Positions 54,341 through 64,000 of a stretch of DNA of 64,000 nucleotides are shown in pieces (the stretch's first letter is position 1; every line of letters starts with the position of its first letter). The notes under the pieces are model-generated. The model searched no databases, had not been told where the DNA came from, and saw nothing but the letters and a program-made list of their open reading frames with translations. The translations under genes were made by a program, and so were the position numbers. This DNA comes from Phoronis australis (Eukaryota; Animalia; Phoronida), in contig NMRA01000163.1 of NCBI GenBank assembly GCA_002633005.1, forward strand, positions 280,071 to 344,070, given 5' to 3'.

Positions 54341-56622
54341 TGACCAAACGTACATTCTGTGCACAACGCAAAAACGTTTATTCGCTAACGAAAGGACAAT
54401 AATTAATCAAAACCCAAAAATGAAAACACCACGTCAAACATTTGGAACAGTTAGGCATTTTCGTAACGTCAAATTCCCCTCCAGTTGTTTTATATCTGAA
54501 CACTTGCCATCTTTAGTCGTAAGACAAGTCGTCATGCCCAGAATTTCACCTCAATATCCAACTGCTGCCTGTAGATTTATTAATAGGTCCAATTACTCAG
54601 AATTAATGACAACCATAATGCTGGCAACATTGCTTATTGTGAAAATTCAAATTGCTATTGAGAAACTTCCAAAACATAAATTTAAAAATACATTTGTCGC
54701 CTCCGGTGTGTTTATGACAAGTCTGGTTTGCTAGAAAACGACATCAGCAGCCTGTGGCGTCAAGACGTGATGTGATTGGCTACAGCTGCATGGTAGCGTT
54801 GGTCATTGCGGCATATTTCGAGGTACGCATACCGTTCGACTTGCCGAATCTCGACCGGTGGGGTTGTGAACATAGGATTCTTTTTACGATGTGACTTTCT
54901 CATTCGAGAATGATTTTCCGAATGATTGACGTTCTGAATGCACACCAAGATCACTCGTTTCTATTGGTCGAATTCGGTATTACATCCATCACCTTGTGCA
55001 TTTCCGTATTCTCAAATCGGAGGTGATTCAAATCTGCGCACGCGTGAGCTTCAATCAGAATAGCAAAAGGATTTGATCAAGAGAAGGCTGAAATCGTTCG
55101 TTTCAGCCTGGCAGGTCTCAAAAGTCACAAGCGATGGTCATTGTCAGTCCTTCGTCTGACTCCTCATGTATTGCTATGTCTTTTTAAGTCTGTGAGTCAC
55201 ACAAGTATCCCTTAACATTCGACAATATTCTCCATTTGAGAGTCGCATGACTTGCTGTAAAATGATTGCAGTAAGCACTTCCGCAGATATGAAACACCTC
55301 CGACGGTATTCGGAACACTAACTGCATTTCGGTTGAAAGCGGGACATCTGGAACACTTCGGGTATTTTTGTAGCCCCCGAGGTGAAATTTGCGGCTACGA
55401 AAAAACCCGAGGTCCCCCTGAAGCCATCATATTAGGTCCCATAAATGCGCACGTGCGAGCTTCAGTCATTACAGCAAGTAATTTGACTATCAAAATGAAG
55501 AATGCAATCGAATTCGCCGCTACGTTCCCCTCTGCTGGCAAGCTAAAAAGAGTTAACATTACTTCAAATGGAAAATATGTAATGGGAATGACCGTTGTGT
55601 ATGGAAACCTGGCAGGTTGAAATCATGAAGTTAGACTACTCTTGACCAAATTTATTAATTTGCTGTAATGATCAAAGTTCGCCCATGTGTGCAGTTATGA
55701 AACACGCCACGGCGAGCGTCTGAAACACCTCGGGTGTCTTCGGGCATTCAGGTCTTCCACCGGGGGTGAACGTTGTTTGTGTACTTCCGTACTTCAGCCA
55801 TACTACCAATACACATTTGAAGGTCCCGTAATTTACCATGTGTGACTGAAGTCCATACATGCAGATAACGCTCACGTAAGGCTACAAAAATTCACGATGT
55901 GTTCCGGATGGTGTTATACGAATGCAAGCGAAGTTAGCAAGTCAACATGCACGGAACGTAACGACTACAATTTCAAATAACCCCAGTAATCTGAAAGAAT
56001 GGCTACGAGGAGAGACCTCGGTCCAAGGCGCTTCTCGATTAATAATTCGTAGTGATGTCGATGATATAAAAAATGTACCTAACTACTGACTGATCTACCT
56101 ACGTAAGTCTACCTACCTGTACCCATCTCAGATGCAAGGGAGACGGTAAAGTAGTAATGGGGATTTTACTTTGCACAGATTATTTTTTCACCGACTACTT
56201 TCTGAAATCACCTCGTGCTTCACTACAAAATGTCCAAACTTCAAAGAGGTCTCGCATATACTATGGAACGAAAACCAGCCTGAAGGTAATTGTCAGTGCG
56301 TCCCCAAAAATGGAAAATACAAAGGGAAGTTATCTATTATACAATCTGAGTGGAGCGGTAATTGTGAGGGATTACATGTATATTGTTTGCCAAAGCTGCC
56401 AAATCCTCATCTGTTCCACTGGGGTCAGTGTTAAGAACATGAGACCGAGTTTGATGTGACAGACGGTGACGCCTTTGATGCAGGCAGGTTTTGGATAAAG
56501 ATTACAGGTTATCACTTGTCTCCACCACGTTTATGTTTACTCATGCTCAGATGCTCTGAGGAGTTTAGTGAGACGGCCAAAGTTGAACTCAGTCAAAAAA
56601 TTCAGTCCACCAAATAACTTAC

Positions 56623-57093
56623 CAGTGCACAACGGGATGTCTCCGGCTGCGTTAACAAAACCCATGCTTTTTGCCGGAAGGTTCCTTTACCAACGGTGTC
56701 TGAAGAAGTTGTACTATGGTCATCCAGCTTTAATCGCAAGTAAGCCGACTGTTGGTCACAGAAACCATTGTAAAAAGCTCCACAACAGCCGTTGAAGTTT
56801 TCCAATCCTATACCCCAGTATTGAAGTTCCAATTTTGTCCTAAAGCTACACACGTCTAATGGCACGTGAAATTCGCCAGAGCGATAAAAATTCAGGACTT
56901 CACGAAATACGGCAGGATCGCGATCGAAGAAAAAATCGTTCGTTTCTGCGCGGTAGTTAGGGGACGCAGACGACAAGTTGGACAGCACGTGACCAGGAGT
57001 AGAAGGCAAATGTCTCCGATAGGTTTCAAAGCGGGTTCCACTCACGTTTAAAACAACTGTGCTATAATCCGGCACATCGACAACTTCCATCAT
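56623..57093 (-). CDS. Shaw: Shaw/Kv3-like voltage-gated K+ channel, coding exon 1 (T1/BTB domain)
   Basis: Reads VVLNVSGTRFETY...FFFDRDPAVFREVLNFYRSGEFH, with the HX5CX20CC Zn motif of non-Shaker Kv T1 domains. Phase-0 donor GTAAGT (minus strand, 56622-56617) follows SRCAL. The Shaw subfamily call is by resemblance only. Confidence 0.88.
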
Positions 57094-60086
57094 GCTGGAT
57101 GTCCTAGTTCAAGCTCAACTAAAGGATCCTCACGGGTTAAGCAAAATATTAAAAGTTCCAGTCAGCGAGTCACGCACCCAAAACAATACGTGCAGCTGAA
57201 AAAAAAACTGCAGCGATGAAGGTTCTCGAAACCTGTGCCAATTAATTATTAAGCGATGTCCATACAGCGAATGTCTGAGGTCCGCAAACCAAGGCATTCA
57301 TGGCGACTGACGTACCCGCACCCCTATTAGTTCGTCCTACTCATCAGTTAATTGCAACTTACGTATATTTAATTGCGGTCACTATTGCAATTTGTGGACA
57401 GCAGCATACGTTTATACTGTGTGTGGCCGATCTAACTGTTGAGGGCGGGTCCGGGTCGAAAGACGTAAGACCGCTCACAGATGTTCAGCCTGTTGTGTAG
57501 AGCCACAAGTCAGCTCAAGGAATTGCTGTAGTTTTATTGCTCAACAGCATTAGAGGTTGGGTATGAAGAAAAATGCAGAAAGCCGTTTTTTTTTCACTAA
57601 CAACTTCTTGTGAGAATCCGACCAAAAATCAGAAAGCAACCTCAAAATTCCCAACCCGGGGGTTTGCACAATACTAGTTTAATTTGAGGTGAAGTGGAGC
57701 TTGTTCCTAAATCACATTGTAAAACTTATATGCTGAGGTTTAACTCAAGCTCAAGATTACTAAATAGCTATTTTTGGGCTAACCTTATTTTATGGTTGAC
57801 CTTATTAAAAATTCAAAAGTGAAAAATTTCTATATTTTTTATTTTTCTTGGCTTTGAGTGCCCATAATTTGTGCAGCTAAGCGCAATTTAAAAGATTGGT
57901 GACAGTTTAGCTTTACAATTTGAATATTTAACTAATAAAATATTCAAGATGTTGGGAAAATGACCACCAAACAGTAAAATAAAAACTGTACATACTTGAA
58001 AATATGACATGATAATTTTAGGCGAAGTGAACGTGAATGATGATTCAAACTTAGTAGTGTATTAGCTATATACGATGCCAAAACACAAATACTGCTAACA
58101 TGTCTCCTTATTGACTTCAGAAGCTGTAGGAACCGATGAACACGTTTCCGTGCAAAGCAGCCTGCATGACTTTCTGACACTTGAACCTTCTTCTGCATAC
58201 CCAAACCCCTTTGCAACCAAAAACTATCTTGAAAACTATCCTGGGTGTATCAGTCAATCAGTAATAACTGGCGACGGGATTCCATTAACGAGTTCGCTAG
58301 CATCCTTAGCTGTCATGGAAGAATGGTGTTTGTGACCGGCGGCAACCATCTCCTCGTCATTGCTGCGAAATTTTTCATCCGTTTGTTGATATATTCGAAG
58401 ATTTGTTGTAGTCTCGTTTACATGGAACGTGAATAGAAATGGATATTTCCATGTATGTAAGCTTATCGGCAACCCCATCTCCCACTTAGTTATTTCCAAG
58501 ATTGTGCGGAGTCATTTTTCTTGAACATACAGTACCCATGATCTGAAGAAGTGGTCTTTTCCAGGAGTCCGCAGCTCCCCATGCGAAAATAGAAACGAGA
58601 TGTCAGCAAATTGTATTAATAGTAAAGAGACACGTTCGCCTTATCAGATGGAGGCAATGTAAAGTGCCTAGGAGAGGTAAAAACCGTCTCGTGACCCAGG
58701 CACGCGGAAGACTTGTTTGACTTAGTTGTGGTATACGTTCTTAAGCAGCACTAATTCTTACAATGCTTTTTGCAACGAATTACGTCTAAACAGTTGTGTT
58801 TAATGTACAGTACAGTTCGCATTACACACTATATACTGCTTGTACAATAGGCCATGGGTTAAGGATGGCGTAGACTAACAGTGATGCTACGGTAAGATGA
58901 GACCCTGGGTAGTTCAAATTCTGAAAATTATCTTGTCTTCCCTTCATTATAGTAAATCCAGATGTTTGTTAAATAAAAGAATTGTTCAATTGTTTGTACC
59001 TGACGTATATGATAATATGAAATTGTAAGCAACCCATGACAAATAAATTCTTTCACCAGTGCAAACATATCTTCTAACAGGTGTCTTGCGGGTGTAAGAA
59101 CCATGTACTCAAATGGCATGACCTCACATTCCGTTGTGCCATATTACTTCGTATCCTCCCATCTGTAAACATATCATTAACTATAATATAATAACATGCT
59201 AAAGTTGAGCTCAGCTTCATAAAATGAAAGTTGATTGCAAACCAAAGATTTCTGCAACCAGCGGAATGAAACGGAAAAACACCACGGGGACCGTTTACTT
59301 AATCGTTGTGGAAGTGCTTGAATTACAGTGTGAAATACACTGAATATGATACATGCATTTTACAGTTTTACACAACATATTTACATGTAACTCACTAGTG
59401 CTTATATTGATTCTAGTGGCTATTTAATAAGAAAGATTGACAATGCTGAATTGAATGAAATAAGATTTTACAAAGACCGTTAGACTCCTCTCTGCTCGGT
59501 CTTAGTAGTGAATGAATGCAAGAAATCTAGAGTGAACGAGACCCTAGAAATATCACGAAAGCTCCACACATTCTCGAACCAAAGAAAATTCATGCAAGCG
59601 CAAGAGTAGTCAGAAAATTTATTTCCTGCGTTAACTTTTGTGTTTCCGCGACACCAGCAGTGTTGCAACGGATTGATTACCTGAATACACATGTACCTGT
59701 AGGCTCTACATGTAGATTACATTGTGGCCAATTCTTGCGGAACGATTTTATATTACAAACTAGCTTTCAAAAATATAATGCGTTGCAAAATACATGCAAC
59801 CGATCTGATGGTCAATAAGTGAGTTAGTCGCTAATTGGGGTCGTACAGGCAAACGCCTGCTTAGCGTACGAGTTTCAAAGCATGTTGAGAATTTCTCGCT
59901 TACACTGGTGACCGGTCTGATTCCCTAAGCCCCAGACAACTTTTCCCATGCCTATTCATCACGCCCTTTGTATTAATGTATATCTGAGCTAATGAACTGG
60001 AAAGGTAATTACTGGCGTTACTGTCTCAACAATGGTTGCTATTTGTACCCCCAATTTGATTTTCTCTGACATTTGCAAAGTTATAG

Positions 60087-60126
60087 CAAGGAGTGTACTA
60101 TATTACATGTAATAGTACACTCCTTG
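60087..60126. mobile_element. 40-bp palindromic micro-element with 7-bp TSD (same family as 20659)
   Basis: GTTATAG|CAAGGAGTGTACTAT...ATAGTACACTCCTTG|GTTATAG. Confidence 0.85.
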
Positions 60127-60945
60127 GTTATAGCTTACAACTCTGGAGATTAGTTTTAACTCGGAACATTATGACTAAAAAGGTTAAGTTGTGTTTATCT
60201 CATTAAAGGGCCACTTCCCAAAGAAACGATAAGTTACATATTGGTTTTCTTAATTTTTAATGCTTCTGCCCACTTTTTTTTCTTATCGGGAACGGGCTGA
60301 TAACTTTTTATCTAAGTTTGAAACTTGAAGTACCAAAACAGTGGTAGATTTTGATCGCCAGCTAAACTTAATTAGTTAAGTTCATTGTGAGCCCATCCCT
60401 AAACTTACCACATTACAGGTACACTAAACAATTCAGGTGTCATTAAAGTTTAATCTTTATTAGAACCCAAATCATATTTTTTTTACAAAAGTGCAAATAT
60501 GGTAATAACCAAACTCAAGATTTGGAATCTCTGGACAATTTTGGTGGCACTGACTATATAACTATTCTAGCTCTTTGTCAGTAATAAAAAATGGAAAGTG
60601 TTTCCTGGTAAAAAATCTGGTTAAATGAGATTGAAAGAATATTAAAAATATGAATCCATGTGATATTGTAAACTCTGATCAGCGTTTGTATATCCACCGC
60701 GTATATCAGTGGCGGATCGAGGATATCACAAGGGGGGGGCAACATTTTGTCCGGCTTTAGGCATTTGCGCAAACTGAACCACGATTGTAGATGCGAATAG
60801 CACCGAATGGGGGGAGGTCGCTCAGAAAATTTTTCTGTTTTTACCTCTAAAAATCAAGCATTTTCCTTGATTCCTGAAGTATTATCCAAGAAAAAAAGAA
60901 AAAAAAATGGAGAACGTGTCAAACAGGAAAACTTGAACTTAACGT

Positions 60946-61008
60946 ACCAAAGACTCGAACTCACGACCTGGAGCTTAATGAGCGCGTGCGTTACCACTAC
61001 AGCACACC
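60946..61008 (-). repeat. tRNA-derived SINE-like head
   Basis: Minus strand GTGCTGTAGTGGTAACGCACGCGCTC...GGTCGTGAGTTCGAGTC has A-box- and B-box-like motifs but no complete cloverleaf. Confidence 0.4.
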
Positions 61009-61175
61009 ACGATTTTACTACTAGAGTTATACTAAAAGACCTACTTGTTTATGGTCCACAGCGTTGCGCGCGAAACCTGCTTCTTTTCGTAATGCTATAC
61101 GTTTTATATTTTGCGCCATCAATTCTTAACAAATTTGTCGTATTTAAAATAGTCTTCACATGCCCAAAAGACCAG

Positions 61176-61423
61176 GGGCCTGTTCCAAGAAATTGACTTA
61201 AGTTCATTTTTGACTTAAGTTTAAGATTTGTCTTATCTTCCAAACTTTGAAACCTCCACAGTCGGCAAGTTAATCAAAATTAAGACAAAACTTATGTCAA
61301 ACACTTAAGTCATACTTTAGATCTCTTTCTTGAATCGTTTTTGAGACAAATTTAACTTTTATTTCAAAATTTACTAAAATTTAAGATTTGTCTTAGCTAA
61401 GTCAGTTTTGTTGGAACGGGTCC
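61176..61423 (+). mobile_element. MITE family A (~250 bp), CAG TSD, Harbinger-like
   Basis: CAG|GGGCCTGTTCCAA...TTGGAACGGGTCC|CAG. The body matches the copies at 44538 and 41512. Confidence 0.8.
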
Positions 61424-64000
61424 CAGATCCGTTTTTCGTGTTGGCAATAATGACGGGATTGCTTTGGCCAAAATCGTCAAGGTTTGACAAAGAGAGTATT
61501 GTGAGTTTCTGAGTGATTCACTAAGGCTTCGATTAAAATTCATATCTTACCAACAGCTTCTGTTTTTTCATCGTCACNTGGGGTGGTATTCCAAACCAAA
61601 AATGTCCCCCTCTCAGGATCGAGGTAATGTTTTTGAAAAAAATTATTGTGCTTCCCTTTATTAGTTCGAGTCCCGTCAAAAAAAAAAAACTATGCCAAAC
61701 GAGTCAGGCAGGCAGTTTTAAAATTTAAACCGATTCTTTAAAATCGACTTAAAATTAAAATTGTTCGCACAATGACGGTGTTCAAATATTTTTTTTTGTC
61801 TTGAAAGGTAATATCGGATTGTAGTTAACGAGCGTAATCAATTAGCGACTCCGTATTTTACGCGGGCCGGGGTTTTCACTACGGCCGTAATTCACGGGAC
61901 GGTCAACGATACGTGTATCTTAATTCTTCGAACAGAGTTAAACCCAATACTATAGGTTCTCAACTAGTATCGAAGTCGTTGCTTCGTGATTTCAAGATCA
62001 TCGAACTAAGACAGTAACATGTCTGTATATGAATACAGTCACGATGTAACATTTTGCATAACATGTAGAGTGAATTCTTCGCCATAAAATGCATGGATTC
62101 GCGAAATTTGTTCGTATTTATCAAGAACTCTGTATATTCGACGAGGCACGAGTAAGTGGCACCATTTTTAATTTATGAGCTTGATACAAAATTACTTCTT
62201 GTACACGGGATTCGGCAACTGAAACCTGTGTATGGGTCAGTTGAAACAATTAAAGAGGGGTATGTAAAAAACATTTCAAAAGTGGATTGCACCTTGTGGA
62301 TTTTCAAGTGGCGTTATTGGATGTCAGCTTTCTCACTTCAGCTTTCTCACTGGGATTGTGAATTCTAGTGACGAACAGGAGTATAGAATGGAAGATGTTT
62401 ATATTATCAGCCAATAGGTTTTATAACAACAGTTAATGAAGAATGTTTCAAGTTTCTTTGAAAACTTTGAAACAGGCAAAATAGGTAAACAAGAGTCAGA
62501 ATCCGTGGGAACAACTGACTTCTGACTGACGTACATGCATGCTGTGTAGTATATTGTTAAAACAGGTCGGAATCGATAGCTGCACATATAGGTTGGTCCA
62601 ATTTGACACCAACACAAAAACGAGTATATTCAGCAACTCAATAAATAAAGTTCACCTGATCAATATCACAGATTAAAACACTACAAGACCTGTGCACAAC
62701 TGACATTCGTCAATTTGCTTCACAGCAATACACAGTCACGTAAATAAATTAACAAACAGAAAGTTATTGACACCAGCATTTTATGACTACTGCATTCGCA
62801 TAATTTACCCCTATCTTACACATGTACCATTTACATCTTGACAGCCGTTACTACATGTATATCCCTTGCCTTCTCAAATGCTCATTTAGTGGACATACAC
62901 TGTAACTGCATACCCACAGAGCAGAAGCAGTCTCAGCAATGAAGATGACAATTACAGCCCATTCGAATACTCGATCACCTCCATGTTGGCCTAACAATTA
63001 TGATCAGACATACTTAGGTTTAAACGCTTCTAGGCCTATTTCAGGAAAAGTGACTTAAAGATGCTGTGTTTGATTAAAACCGCGAATATCTAAATTTGTA
63101 GCAAGTGCCACCTAGTGACTTACTGGAGAACTGTGTGTGTGTGTGCAAGTATAGTAAGGAAAAGAAAGAGTTTGTAAATAAAATGCGGTTTTAAAGAAAA
63201 CACCACAACTGATACACTTAATATAAACAAAATGTGAACATAAGAAACCCCTAGTTATTCCAAATAAGTAATCATAATTTGACGGTGAAATGAATAAATA
63301 ATAAAAACTTTGCCTTGTTTTACTGGGGTAACGATGACATAATACCATACTGATGTACATAAAAATAGTCTTGCAAAATGAGACTTTCACAAGATTGTAA
63401 TGGTAACCGGTTCTCGGATGGTTTCTGGCACACCGGAAGACCCAGGCTTCTTCCTACACTAATACTGCATTTGCATCTTCACAATTTAATGAGACATAGC
63501 ATGCTTAAGGCTTTAGTCAGAGATTCTGTCTCGCACTCCCACTTTGCTACTACAAAAGAAATGTTTGATTTCATTATTAGTTGATTAAAAACAAAACCGT
63601 ACTTTATGTTGCACAGCTTGATATACACTCCCTCATGCTCTCCGCATCGTTTTCCTTCTTCCAGTGTACAATTAGTTGTAAAGCAAATTGCCAATAGACA
63701 TTTCAAATAAACAAGTTAAAATAGTAGCTATATTTTGAGAGCACATGTATCGTCCTCAGGCACCTGGTAAAATAAAAGTGGAGGAAGCGTAATAAACAAT
63801 GAAATAAACCATGACAGAATGTGTTTTTTAAATCAAGTTTGGTTTAATGAAAGGCTGCTACCGAACTATACTGATATTTTTGAATAACATTTTAGGAAAT
63901 ACTGTTGGATTAACCTGCAGTATCAAGTACACTGGGTCTCACAGACTTTGCATTCTGCTGAAGTGAAATTAAATTACTTTCCGGGAACATTTGCGTGGAA

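Noticed and set aside
57325-57352. Minus-strand CTGATGA-GT-AGG-AC-GAAC hammerhead-like motif
   Set aside because: It has GAAC instead of GAAA and no closing stems.

Overview
AT-rich, intron- and transposon-dense eukaryotic (animal) genomic DNA. The gene families and repeat landscape suggest a marine invertebrate such as a lophotrochozoan (inference). There are two convergent spliced host genes. (1) A UNC-93-family MFS membrane protein on + with three coding exons (535-1674, 29231-29498, 31670-31914; about 550 aa) and a 27.5 kb first intron. (2) A two-exon Shaw/Kv3-like voltage-gated K+ channel on - (57093-56623, 46103-45255; about 439 aa). Its GYGD filter is intact, but it has atypical voltage-sensor substitutions (S2 charge-transfer Phe->Leu, S4 third charge->Gln) and an atypical gate (PVP->TVP). 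The introns and intergenic DNA hold a SWIM/YqaJ (ISL2EU-like) relic, a THAP-bearing Kolobok-like deletion derivative, several MITE families and CR1/L2-type LINE fragments. They also hold 36-40 bp palindromic micro-transposons with perfect 7-bp TSDs and a strong excess of TACATGTA octamers that look like Tc1/mariner excision footprints. Most short ORFs in the supplied track are noise.
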